A stretch of 64,000 bases of DNA from Amoebophrya sp. A120. Its lineage: Eukaryota; Protista; Dinoflagellata. Of this stretch, positions 37,801 to 49,677 are shown piece after piece. Below the pieces are notes generated by a model, which had not been told where the DNA came from, made no database searches, and saw only the letters and a program-made list of their open reading frames with translations. The position numbers and the translations under genes are program-made. Position 1 is the first letter of the stretch, and each line of letters opens with the position of its first letter. The stretch spans positions 12,595,621-12,659,620 of the forward strand of contig CAJINV010000002.1 in assembly GCA_905178155.1 (NCBI GenBank), in the 5' to 3' direction.

Positions 37801-40800
37801 TGTTCCGGACAAATTCCATGGACTTCATCGGTTCGTACACCTTCGGCGCGGGGATCTCCTCCCCCGTCTCCGGGTCCTCCCCGCCGTCGCGCTGGAAGTC
37901 GGCCCACCACATGGCGCTGTCCATCACGCGGTCGCTCATGTCCTCGCCGAAGTGCTGCTGCATGTTCTCGCCGACGACTTTGTCCACGAAGTCCTTGTCC
38001 TGCTGCCGCGCCAGTTTGTCCGCAAAAACGCGCGTGGTCTCGTGCCGCCAGAGCGAACCGAGCTTCACCTCGTCCGCCCCGACCGCGGAAGAGGGCGTTT
38101 CCAGGATGCCCTGAAACACCCGGCTCAGCTCGCGCATGTTGAAGATGTAGTGGAAGCGGGCGGGCGTCGGCAGCAAGTTCTTCCCCACCGTCTTCCACAC
38201 GTCGATCGTGATCGCAGTCAGCTTCTTCGATACCTCGATCACCCGCTCCCCGAACCCGTTCTTCGGCGTGAAGCGGGCGCGCATGATGGACCCATAGATG
38301 TTATCGACGGACACGACCGACGGGAGCACCATGTTGAAAGAGAAGAACTTGGACTTCAGCCGATTCGGGATGTCGTTCCGTCCCCCGCCCGGGTGGCCCA
38401 TGGCGCCGATAAAGGAAAGGCTCTCCACGACCTTGAAGTCCCCCCGCTTGTCTTTGTCTAAGAAGTAGAACCCGCCGAACTCCATCAGCTGCCGCGACAG
38501 CTCGTTGGTCACCTGATCGCCCCACTTGTTCACGATCGGCATGGACAGATCATCCAAAAACAAAGTCATCTGCTTCCCGCCTGGGGGGCAGAACGTCTTT
38601 CCGGTCTTCCGCTCCACTTCCGCTTCCACGGTGCGCTGGAAGTTCAGGGGCGTGGTCGCGGAGGAGAAGTTGATCCGCTTCGACAGCATCGTGTCCATCG
38701 AGAACCTGGCACAGTACATCAGCGCAGTGCTGGTCTTCGCCGTACCGGCCGCACCCACCAAGAGGGTGGATTTGTACACGGTCGGCGTGCGGACCTTGTC
38801 GTAGTTGGCGATCACGTCGATCAGATATTCCGCTCGGGTGCTGTCCAGTGTCGGAATCAGCAAGGAGGAAAACACCAATTTCTTCGGGGCTTTCCACTGC
38901 TCCGTCTGCCACCGCACTTATCCAAACGAACTGCATAAATCAACCCCTAGTAGTACCACAACCGTCTCTAATGATCTGTCCCGGTAGATTCATACATGCT
39001 TGACTGCAAGTACAACAACTGCAATACCGAGAGTGATTGGCTTCGGTGACACATCAGACATCACAAGAAGAGTTTCTGTATACGACCCTCTCAAGCCACG
39101 TTCTAACGATGAAAAAAGCTGAAGAGAGAATGGTCGATAAGTGGAACTTGGCTGTGATGTAGTTTTGGGGTCAATTTCTCCTTTTGATAGCATCCATTGC
39201 TTGGTCTTGGTACTGGGATCCGGCACGTAGTCGAAGATATTTTCGCCGTTCTCGCAGGGCGGGACTGCGTCTAAATGCTTGTGCATCTTCAACACCTCCA
39301 ACATCTTTTCATAGAACTTCTGCCGCTCCTCCGGCTCGCACAACCCGGCGAAGCCCCAGCAGAGGGAAAAGAAAAAGATGCGACGGTACGCATCGGGGGC
39401 CAGAACCTCGTTGGACTGGCAGTGCGGATGCAACATCGCGGAGAGCAAGTTGAGCACGTTGGTAATGATAATCGCGTCGTTCGCCGGCATCACAGTGACC
39501 GTGTTCCGGGTCTGGTAATCGAACAAGTCGTTCACCGGCCCGGCGTTGGGCGGCGGGGTGGAGAGCCACTTATCGAACAAATCTTTCATGATGGTTGCCT
39601 CCTCGGTGCGGTTTTGCCCGAGCTCCACCCGTTTGGCCAACCAGGAATCTGCCACCGGACGCCACCCGAGGTCAGAGGCCGAGATGTAGATAATCCCCGC
39701 TCGGGAGACTGTCGCGGGCGAGGCGTTCCGCAAGTTCTCCACCTCGAACACAATGCGGCAGTTGTCGGTCATCGGAATGCGATCGTTGTTGGCCAAAGTG
39801 AGAATCTTGTTGTCGTCCAACACCGTGTTCAAGTTCTCGATCCAGATCGCGTCGACCGGCCCGTCGCAGACGATCCAGGTCGTGTACTTCAACGTTCGAT
39901 TGTTATACTTTTGCCAAATCGAGGCAAACACGCCGGGCGTCCACTCCTCGGAGATCGGATCCTTGATCCCGTACATCTGAGAATCCGTGATCGCCTTGGG
40001 GTTCATCACCTGCACTCGGTGCGCGTTGTTGTTTTCTGTGTGGCACGTCGTCAGAGTGGTCATAATCTCGGTTTTCCCGCACAAAGTCGGCCCCACAAGC
40101 ATGAACCCGTGGCGGACAAGCGAGGTTTCGTACAGCTGGACGATCTTCAGCATCCAGGGACCGAAAAGAGAAAGCTTTTTCCGCTTCACAATCTTCTGCG
40201 AGCCGGACTCCACTTCGGGATAGACCTTCTTCGGTGGCTCCTGCGTCTTCGGGAACAAATCCTTTAGCAGGGCCAAAAACAGCGGCACGTCATCCGCGAC
40301 GAGCTTGGACAAGTTCATATCGCGAGCGGTGCGCATAAACAACATTTCCTCGTCGGCGTCGGCCGGCTCGGATCGCTTCACGGTACCGGAGGTTCGCAGC
40401 ACGGAGAGAATGTTCCGCAAACCGAAATCGTAGTGGCGCTGCTTGGACAGCTGCTGCTCGCACAGCGCGTACAAGATGCAGAACTTCTTCCCCAGAATGT
40501 CCATCAAACTGTACCCCACGGAGGCCAGTTTCACTTTCATGATCGTCTCGCGGTTCGGCATCATCATGGAAACGGAGCGGAACAGCACTTTCAAGTTTTC
40601 CGGTAGTTCCTGGCGCCCGGCGTAACCCGGGTTCATGGTGATGAAGTAACCCACCGCGGGGACAAGTTTGATCGGCTCCCGTTCGCCCGGGAACATGAAG
40701 GACTTCACGTTCTGGCGCTTCGCCTGGGTGATGGACTCGACCTGCATCGCCACAACGGACAGCACTTCCAGTTCAATGCGGTTGAACTCGTCGAAGCAGC

Positions 40801-43800
40801 CCCAGAGGCCGGACATGCACAAGCCCTTGAAGATCTTCGCCATGTCGCGAAACCGGTGCTGGTCGCTGCAGTTGGTCACGACGACAAAGACACCCAGCGT
40901 TCGGCCCATATCCTTCACCGTCTCCGTCTTCCCGGTCCCCGCCGGGCCGGCCGGCGCGCCACCAAGGAACATCCCGAGCGCCTGCGACAAAGTCACGTAG
41001 CACCTGTCCGTCAGCGCGGTGATGCACAACCGCTCTTTGCAGCCCAGGTACTCGTAGCTGTAGGTGAAGTCCACGTCGGCGATCGAGATGCGCACGTGCT
41101 CCATGTCCGCCTTCCAGTACAGCCGGGTCTGTTTCAGCCACTCGAAGTCGTTCTCGTCCTTCACCTTGTGCTCCTTGACCTTCTTCCACACTTCCTGGTA
41201 CAAGTCCTTCTGGTGGACGTGCACGGTAACCAAGGTTTCGAACTTCGTGCGGTTCATCGTCGATCCCAGGTCCGTCAAGCAAATCCCGACCAGATCCTGC
41301 ATCATCTGGCAAAATTTCTTGTTCGTCGTGGCCATGATGGTTTTGTCCCGCTCCTTGCTCATCTTCATCAGCGCCTCCTGGAAGTCGAAGGTCCAGATCA
41401 CCTGGATCCCGAGCAAAGCCACCTGCGCGATGTAGCGGTCGGAGAAGTCCTTCACGGAGAGCCCCTGCAGAATGTTGCCGCAGTCCACACAGGCGATCTT
41501 GCACTCCTTGCGGACGGACCGCTGCATTTCCGCCTCCAAGGCGTTCAACCAGTCCTCGATGTTGCCCACACATATGGTCGGCTGCACCAGTTTCACGGTC
41601 TCCTCGGCCATGCCGGCGACGGACTTGATCTGGATGATCTTCTTCTTGTCCTTCGGGTCGAACGTGACCTTCGAGATCGAATCGAACAACTTCTCGAAGT
41701 CGTCCTGGATCTGCTCCGGGTCGGACCCTTGGGATAAAATTTTTAGCAGCGCCGGGTCACTCGTGAAGTAGAACCGCGGGAACTTGTTCCGCTTCCCCTC
41801 CAGGTACGACTCCAGCGACTTTTGGCACGCTTCCAGTCCTTGGGAGAGAACCGGCAGCATCTGCTTCAGCATGTCGTTCTGGCAGCACTGGACCACGTTC
41901 CTCAACTCCGCGGATTTACCCATGATCTTCACCCAGTCCTTGTCGATTTGCTGAAACTTCTTCGCCTCCATCGGCATCTGCTTCATGATATCTCCGGCAA
42001 GAAACACACTCTCCAAACTGGTCCACAGCTGCTGCACCTTGAACCACTTCTCGATCGTGTCCGCGGTGTCGGACAAAGTCGTCGTGATCGCACCGAGCTC
42101 CTCCTTGAACGGCATGGAGTGCCTGATATGAGTCACGTTATTTTTGGGAAAGTTTTTTTCATTTATGCCGACAGAAATTTTCGTGAGCTGATAAGGCCGG
42201 CGCCTAGTAGTTGTACAATCAAAAACACAAATAGCTTCACGCACTAAAGGAACAAAAAATTCAGAGCGAAGGCTCGGAACAAGTTGTACCTTTGCGCGTT
42301 CATGGTGTTCAGGGCCATGATGGTCTCTTCCAGCAGTTCCTGGATCTCCACCACTTTCCCGCCCGCCAAGCAACAGGGGTAGTCCCGCGCTTTCCAGGTG
42401 GAGAACTCGAAGCAGTATTCGCTCCACTGCTGGCTGATTTCCGCGAGCTTCCGCTCGATCACCAGCTGCTTGTCGGCGCTTTCGCAGATGTCGTTCACCT
42501 CATCGGCGTACTCGTTCAAATTCGCGTCAATCAAGCTCTGAAGTTTAAAATTCTCGCTGTCAATCGGAAGGTCCTTGCCAGTCAGGTCCATTACCTGCTT
42601 CCAGTGTCGCGACATGATGGATTTCTTGGACAGCTCCAAAAACAGCGGAAGAACTTCACTGAAATCATCAATCTGCTTCTTCAGCTCGTGGTATGCCTCC
42701 CAGTCGCGGAGAACCTGATGTCACGTGAGTGTGAAAAAGAAATTCGAAATACGATTCCCGCTTAACAAAATATCTCGCTGTTCCTATTTCGATGCCACGC
42801 ACGACACGGAAACAACTGCATTTCTCTTGTTCTACGCCACAACTCTCTACCTTCGGCATGCGCTTGCAACGGGCCTGAAACTTTTCCGTCGTCGCGCTCA
42901 TTTTTTCCATGTGCTCCGGCACATCCTGCCACAGGAGCTCCTTCCAGTCACGGATTGTGTCCAGCACAACCACGTACAAGTCGTACAGCTGCGACAGGTA
43001 CGCTAATTCCGACTCGGTCTTCTCGAGTTGCGGGTACTGTTGGTGCGGCAACCCGAACAGGTCCTCGCCCAACCGGTAGATCTGCCGCTTCCGGTTGCGA
43101 ATATCAAATTCCTCCTGGAACCGGCGCAGCCGCTCCACGGCCTTGGCCGGCGGGATGCCGCGCACCATGGGCCCGTTGCGCTCGTAGTGCTCCCGGAAGA
43201 CACGCACATCCTTCTTAAACGTGTTCACGGTCGTGATCAGCATACGCTTGTGCTCGGCCTGCTGCTTGGACAAGTGTTCCTGCCGGGACTCGCTGTCCTG
43301 GAGCAACTTGTCCCAGTTGTTACGGAGCATGGAGCGCTGGTCCTGCTCGTCCTTGTCAATCATGTTGGGCACGTACTGGTCCAAAATCTGGTACATGTGG
43401 GTGATCGGCCCGAACTCCAGCTCGATCTCGGACTGCTTCGCCCGCACCTCTTGCAGGGTCTGCATCACGTACCCCAGCGCGTCGATGTCACCCTCGGCGA
43501 CCTCACGGTGCAACCGCTTTGTCGTGTGCTTCACCATCTCGCCGACGGTGTCTAGCCTCACTCGCGCGTTATGGTGCAGTTTTCTCGCAAACGAGGTCTT
43601 CCACTTCTCGGCGAGCTCCCCCAGGTTCTGCATCAGGTTCTCCGTCTTCAGCGACAACGCCCCGATTTGCGTCGCCTTCTCCACACTATTGGCGTCTTCC
43701 GCGTGGCGGAGGAATTCCTTCAGCTTGCCCTCGAACTCCTGCAGCGACGGGCTGCCCTTCTGGAACTCGTCGTAGTCTTCCTCGACGTTCTTCGTCCACA

Positions 43801-46800
43801 GAGAGCTAAACCGCGCAAACTTCGCCACAAACTTGTCGCACTCCTTCCTCGCGCCGTTAACGCTCCCGGTGAGGAGAAGGATGACCTTCAAAATTTCCTT
43901 GTCCTGCGCGATGCGGTCGTAGTAGGTGCCCTGCACGCCGCTGCCCACCACCGGGGGCAGATTCGGATTGATCACCAGCTGCACATTCTTCGGGATGGTC
44001 ACCGTGTCCCACGCGTCGATCATCTTGCTGCACTTCAGCACGGCAACCGCGCCCTGGTTCACCGCGTTCTGGATGTCCGCCACGGACGGCTTCAGTCGCA
44101 CGCCGATGCTATCAAATGTAAAAATGTCCGGGTCTGGAAGATTGTGAGATTTGTCATGCATATTTCGGATCACGCAAATGGCGTCTGATGCAGGCAAAAG
44201 CATCACAGGTTTTGAGCACGTCTCATGATGCCTGTCCCGCATGAGAAACTTCCTACTTGCGTGCCAAGAAATGGACAGCTTTTGGCGCTCATGCAACACA
44301 AATATTTGTATGTTCCAGAGTTTGCATCACAAGTTCCAACCCTTCCAGACCCAGACATTTTTACTCTTGATAGATGCCGTCCAGTTGCAACTCAACCTCG
44401 AAAAACGGCGGCAGCAGGCTGTGCTTGCCGTAACCGCCGAGACTACCGCCTTGAGTATTTTGATAGCATTTTCACAAAATTAAGAATCAAATTTGAACCG
44501 CAAAGTTGTCAAAAGATGAAGCAACGAACACGAAGACTAAAGCATGAAAAACAGCACATAGCAAAAACTGCAATAAAAATATGCTTCTTACCATAATCAC
44601 CTCCGTCACTGTCCGGAGAGTCGGCTTTCCCCCCCGCTGGCGTGATGGGACTCTCGATTGTGGTCGGACCGGCAAGGGCCATCAATTTCGACGCGGCGTT
44701 TCCCGCTGCGGAAGACGCGTGGTCGGCGACCCGCGCGACCGCCAACCGCGTTTTGATCGCGGACAAGCTTCTTCGCGTCGCGTTCAAGATTGCCTGGTAC
44801 ATGGACCAGTTGTAGTGCGCCTTCACCTTGATGATCTCGGATTCGCTGACCCCCCGGACGTGCGGGTCGATCGGGAACCCGACAATCTGGCCCAGCAAAT
44901 CGTCCACCGAAGCCTCGATCTCGATGCTCTTCGCCATGAGATAGTGTGTCATTTCCCGCACGTGCCTTTCTTGCGACTCGATGAAGTCGTCGAGATGGAT
45001 GGCCTCGCCCTCCTCCGGCATCTGGACCAGCAAAATTCTCGCGACGTGCTTCAGATTCGCGTCCACGCGGTTTTCCATGATGTCGTTTGCGGTCAAAACG
45101 AGTTATCCTGAGTAAAAACGTCCCCACACCAGAGTCAAGATGGGGACTTCGCAACACAAACCTAGAAGTTTTGGCTGTTTCGCATGACAAGTTTGGACTC
45201 GTAGTGTAGTCCTGTTAGAGGTAGTGCATACGCATCACAAATCGACTATCTCGTCGCGATTCCACCATCACAAACCTTCAGACAGCATTAGAAAATGGCT
45301 CTCATGCGGCTGCGCATGAGAAACATTTTAGGCATGCCACTTTGCATGACAACTCTGGGGTGGGGACGTTTTTGCACATGATACAAGTTGCTCCAGCTTC
45401 TTCAGTTCCCGCCACACGTTCGCCAAGTACGACTCGATGTTCATACTGGTCCAAGTCAGCGTCACCATGCCGGGTCGTAGCTGGAATTCCAAGTTGTCCA
45501 AATGCGGCTTCAGCAAGTTCGATGCGATCGGGCGCACCATCTGGACCACGCGTCGGTACTCGCGCAGGATGAAAGACAACTCGTTGTAGTAGCCCTTGAA
45601 CTTCGATTCTTGCAGCAGAACCATCTTCGCGGACTCCGGGATCTCGATCCCCATGCGGTCGAGGCACTTCGTCTCGCGGATCAATTGCAGAATCTCCCAG
45701 TCGAAGTTGACGTGGAGCTTCCCGTCGTCCGGGTGCCGGACGATCAGCGTGGCCTGCAGCCCGGACTTCGCAACCTCGACCGAGTGCACCCAGGCCTGGT
45801 ACCACAGGGTTTCGAACTCGACCAACGTTTTCGCCATCTTGTTGTACATCCGGATGATCTTCTTCGCGTCCTTGCCCGCCAAAACGGACGGGTTCGTCTG
45901 AAATTTCTTCATCGGCTCCTCGATGCGCTTCAGCAAGTGCCGCGACCAGGTGATGTTACCCGCAACCGGCGGCAGGTTGCGCACCAGCGGCGGCGCGCCT
46001 TTGTTGTCTTCGTACGTGGTCTGCACTTGCGTCAGCTCCAGGCCGTAATTGTGGAAGATCACGGTAAACTTGGAGTCCAGGTCCGCACGCAGGGTCTCTC
46101 GCTGCAGAATCGATTGGAACTTCTTCAGCAGGTTCAGCGATGTCGTGATCGAGGTAATGGACTCGAAGGAGTGGTTGATAAACTGCTGCAGCGCGGCCTC
46201 CAGATCCGCAATTCGGACGTTGAACTCGACGTAGTCGCGGTCAAATTTGTTGTTGTGAAAATCGAGTAAGTTGTGATTTTTGTTCTTAAACTCCTCGAGG
46301 ATCGTCTTGAACGATTCTACCAGTTGGTCCATGCCGTCGAATTTGTAGGCCCCTAGGGACTGGAACTGGTAAATCGTGGAAAACATGTCGATCAACTTCA
46401 CCACCCTGCGGCAGAACAGCTGCAACCGGCCGAAAATCAGCGTCTCGGAGAAGTCGAACTGCTTGCCCTTCGGCAGCGTTGCCAGTTTGTCCTTCACGCG
46501 GCGGAACTCTTCCATGTAGGAAATTTCCATCCGCAAACAGCACTCGAGATTGCGAATCAGCGTGATCGGATCTTGGTCCCACAGCGCCTCGGGGCCGGTG
46601 TTCTGCTCGCCGGTCTCTGGGTCGACGCCCAGAATGCAGGTTTTGCAGTTCAGAATCATCTGGTTGGTCACCTTCGTCAGCAAGTTCGTCATCCGCTCCG
46701 TCGTGTTGTAGTAGCGCGCGATCGTGTGGATCATCTTGCAAGCATTCATCAACGCGGGGAGGCAGTCAATCACGTTGTTCGGTGTACCGGTGTAGAGAGG

Positions 46801-48074
46801 TTCCAAGAACTTTTCCAGCGTGGTCAGATACTTGACATTGTCCTTCGCTTCGTTGTAGGACTCCGTGATCTGAATATCGATCGCCTTCCAGCGACGCAAC
46901 GTGTTGAAAACCGGCTGCCGCGCTTTCGATTCGGCGTTCATGCGCGTGACAGCGTGCAGAACTCCGAACACGTTTTTGCACTCCCTAGATTTCAGATGCT
47001 CCGTGATAGAGGTAATTTGCTGCATGCGGTAGCGCCAATACTCAAGCTCGGACCTAGGGCCGAGCCCGTCGCCACTGCCGCTCGTCAGCGTCATACCGCC
47101 CGCGCTGCCCCCCGGATCGTCCGAATCGAGGGTTTCTTCGAGGTACCTTTGTTGTTCAATAAACAAACCCCACAGTAATTTTACGATTTAACTCAATTCA
47201 ACAGAGCTGCATGAAAAGAAGAGGCAGAAACACATCCCAATCCCTTCGAGGAAGATCTGCTACCGCAAGATGATAATGCCTGCATCGGCAAATACCGCTC
47301 GATCTGCCGGCACCACTCCTCCAGCACCTGCTCGAAGTGCGTGACAATGTCGGGGTGCTCCTTGACAATGTCGTGGTAGGTGGTAACCCGGGGATCGATC
47401 TGGTACTGCGGATCCAGCTTTTTCAGCTCAATCCCGCCCGACAGACTCTTGATCGCTTCGGTGAGCTCGGAGGTAAATTTTGTGAACGTCGACGAAAACT
47501 CCGCCCGGTGCTCCGCGTCCACGGCCCCGAAGACCTGCTTCAGCACCTTCTCCTTGTTTTGCTCCGCGCTCGCATTACTTCCCGGCTGCGCGGCAGCGTC
47601 GGCGCCCCCGTAGTCCATGTACTTCTTCACGCAGGGCAAAAAGATGTTCTTCAAACTCGTGTGCAGCGATTCTAGCGGTTGCGCAGCGATCTCCCCAAAG
47701 AGCAAGTCGCCATCGGTGCTGACATCCACCTTGATGGGCTTGTCCACCGCACCGGCACCCCGCAGAAAGTAGCAGGCTTTCGATTTCAGCCGCTCCGTCT
47801 CACCGTGGGACAGCAGCACGCGGGCCTCGCCGGGCCCGTCCACGTACTCCCCGGCCTCGTTCAGCATGTCTGGTTTCTGGAAGTAGAGGAACAGGTGCTG
47901 GCGCTTGGACTTACCTTCCAAAAATTCCGTCAGTTTCTTGAAGTTCTGGGGCTCCCGGAACGACTCCTCCATTTTCCGCACCTTTTCATCGTACGTTTTT
48001 GGCCCATTGTTCCCCTGAAAGATGGACAGCGCCGCTGTCTCGGCCATCCAACGATGCCGACTATGCAGCGACAT
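28852..48074 (-). CDS. Axonemal outer-arm dynein heavy chain (DNAH5/8, gamma-type), paralog 1; 7 GT-AG introns plus 14 TIR elements
   Basis: DHC N1/N2 tail, P1 GPAGTGKTETVKD, CFDEFNR, P2 GPTLCGKT, P3 GAAGTAKT, P4 GVGGSGKQS, C-terminal HWRLRGVCLL. Canonical introns at 29062-29215, 29443-29597, 32848-32973, 42123-42289, 42715-42850, 44450-44591, 47147-47295. Confidence 0.93.
29748..30069. mobile_element. TIR introner-like element, family C (322 bp)
   Basis: TATCAAAAGGAAAAACCCCCCCTCCCCA ... TGGGGAGGGGGGATTTTTCCTTTCAATA; TSD GGACG; related in reverse orientation to 51575-51898. Confidence 0.9.
30120..30383. mobile_element. TIR introner-like element, family A (264 bp)
   Basis: Family A TIRs; TSD GGAGT. 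Confidence 0.92.
30910..31191. mobile_element. TIR introner-like element, family B (282 bp)
   Basis: TATCCTGAGTAAAAACGTACCCAC ... GTGGGGATGTTTTTACTCGGAATA; TSD CCTCG. Confidence 0.9.
31247..31512. mobile_element. TIR introner-like element, family A (266 bp)
   Basis: Family A TIRs; TSD TCGTC; removal restores GGRITDDLDRELF as in paralog 2. Confidence 0.92.
31544..31746. mobile_element. TIR introner-like element, family D (203 bp)
   Basis: TATCGTACGAAAAAAGTGCTTCAC ... GTGAAACAGTTTTTTCGTTGCATA; TSD CACCT. Confidence 0.88.
31845..32140. mobile_element. TIR introner-like element, family E (296 bp)
   Basis: TATGACAGTGAAAAATGCCCTCACCCCC ... GGGGGTGGGGGCACTTTTCATGGTAATA; TSD CGCTT. Confidence 0.9.
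32190..32500. mobile_element. TIR introner-like element, family E (311 bp)
   Basis: TATCGCGAGGAAAATTGCCCCCACCCCC ... GGGGGTGGGGGCATTTTTCATTGTAATA; TSD CGATG. Confidence 0.9.
34294..34545. mobile_element. TIR introner-like element, family A ends (252 bp)
   Basis: TATCAACTGCAAAAATGTCTGGTCTGGAA ... TTCCAGACCCAGACACTTTTGCATTTCATA; TSD TCTTT. Confidence 0.9.
34605..34913. mobile_element. TIR introner-like element, family E, opposite orientation to 31845/32190 (309 bp)
   Basis: TATCAAAGTGAAAAATGCCCCCACCCCC ... GGGGGTGGGGGCATTTTTCACTGTAATA; TSD TGTCG. Confidence 0.9.
36783..37064. mobile_element. TIR introner-like element, family B (282 bp)
   Basis: TATCCTGTGTAAAAACATCCCCACCCCAGAGT ... GGGACGTTTTTACATGTGATA; TSD CTCCA/CTCTA (1 mismatch). 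Confidence 0.88.
37114..37377. mobile_element. TIR introner-like element, family A (264 bp)
   Basis: Family A TIRs; TSD CAGCC. Confidence 0.92.
38919..39189. mobile_element. Degenerate introner-like element / non-canonical intron (271 bp)
   Basis: Begins TAT, ends TTTCTCCTTTTGATA; TIR eroded; flanks GCACT/GCATC; removing 276 nt restores TKQWMRWQTEQWK, colinear with paralog 2. Confidence 0.7.
44110..44372. mobile_element. TIR introner-like element, family A (263 bp)
   Basis: Family A TIRs; TSD GATGC; removal restores ELQLDGIGVRLKP. Confidence 0.92.
45104..45383. mobile_element. TIR introner-like element, family B (280 bp)
   Basis: TATCCTGAGTAAAAACGTCCCCACACCAGAGT ... GGGGACGTTTTTGCACATGATA; TSD CGAGT/CAAGT (1 mismatch). 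Confidence 0.88.
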
Positions 48075-49677
48075 GGTCGGCGACGCGGGCGGCGGTGCTG
48101 ATGAAACGCGGTTTCCCTTCAACGATCCAGCAGTTCACGTTGTTTTTTTAAGCTTTAGCTAGGATAGTTTACGAAACAACACACAGCAGCTCAGACTACT
48201 TCGTACTTCTACAGCTCCTTTGACCCTAACGGTTCGATGGAATTTCGTATCTTTGCTAGCGGAGTAGAACTAGAAACCTAAAGTACAAAGAGCGGACTAA
48301 AAACCGAAGGCCTGAATCGCTCACTGGAAAAAAAACGGAAGAAGAAAGCACCCCGACACCGACCACTGCTACCGAAACGAGAAAAAAATTACGCGATTGT
48401 ATTTTTCACCGAGGACGGGTTATCGCTGCTTTAAGCGGGGAAAAAACGCTTGATCTGAACAACAGTTGAAAATGTGGCAAAAACCTTCATAGGTGGCTAC
48501 GGCAGCGGCAATTTTTTTCACAAATCCACATTAGAGCGACTCCATTCAAGACTCCTGGAAAATTTGTGCGCGCTCCCAGATTCCTACTTTCCTATTCACA
48601 ATAAAGATTTTATTTGTATTTCTGGGAATCGAAACGATTAGAATCGAAACCATATTAACAACTATTGTAGGTGGTGCTCATCTTCTCGGATATTTATCCT
48701 CCTAGCACTTCCAGCAGTAGCGGCGATTGTTTTACCATGTGCGGTGCCAAGAATAGGGCGATAAATTCTTGCAAAGGAAGCTCGATATTCAAAAGTATTC
48801 AGAACTGGTGAAACAAGCTCTGGTAAACTGGTTGTTACAAGTTAGCAGATTTTTGTACTTCGTCTTCACATAAGCACTACTAAAAGCGTACTTTTTCTAG
48901 TGGCGGCGTTCCGTGTTTTCTCGTGCATCGTATCTGTAACTGTAGATATTTTTTTTCTTTGAAACTCAGTAGCTTTTCATTGCAACGTAACTCATCTTCC
49001 GATAATGTTTTCTCTAGTCATCGCGGCGGCTATCGGTGCAGATTCAATACAAATTCCTCGTGCGCTGGTGGTGGAGTTAGTTGTTTTCGCTGTTGTGAAA
49101 CAGGTCGAATTGTGAATTTTTTTTCCAGTCTGCGTGTTCTGAATACTTCGTCATTAGATCGTTGTAAAGGCAGTAGAAACTTATATTTTTTCGGAGGAAG
49201 AAATACAATTTCGAGTTTACCTTCTAATCTAGTTTAGAAAATTCTTGGAATCACTACTAGCGAACTCAGGGCAGATAGGAGTAGGCTAGAAGTGGTTAGC
49301 GTACCAAAATTCATAATTCAACCTACTGACTCTCCCCAGGAAAGTCAGGACCCGGTAGTGATGATTTATCATAATTCTGTGCAAGTTATTGTATTGATTC
49401 TGTCTTAACGAAATTTCAAGTACATAAAAGCACTTTTTTGTCTGATTCTGAACTATCAAGGAAACATTAACAAGAGAGTAACGAAACAATGAGAAAATAA
49501 TTTTATTTTGTCGCTGTAAACGCTTTGAACGAGTACAGCAGTCTGATTTTGTCTGACTAGAAATTCTGATTTCTTCGAAACTGATAACAAGATAATTTTT
49601 TTCCTAAACCCTCCTAAACCCCTATACTTGGTATAATAACTTCCTTTCTTTCCACTTTCGCCTGTATAATTTTCTGC

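Noticed and set aside
28852-48074. Paralog 1 as a fragmented pseudogene
   Set aside because: Every interruption is either a GT-AG intron or a TSD-bounded element whose removal restores the frame. I found no in-exon stop or frameshift.
48494-48503. GCCGTAGCCA on the minus strand, matching the first 10 nt of the dinoflagellate spliced leader upstream of dynein 1
   Set aside because: The rest of the leader (TTTTGGCTCAAG) is absent, and a 10-nt match is plausible by chance.
49601-49626. CCTAAACC twice, resembling TTTAGGG telomeric repeats
   Set aside because: Only two imperfect units.
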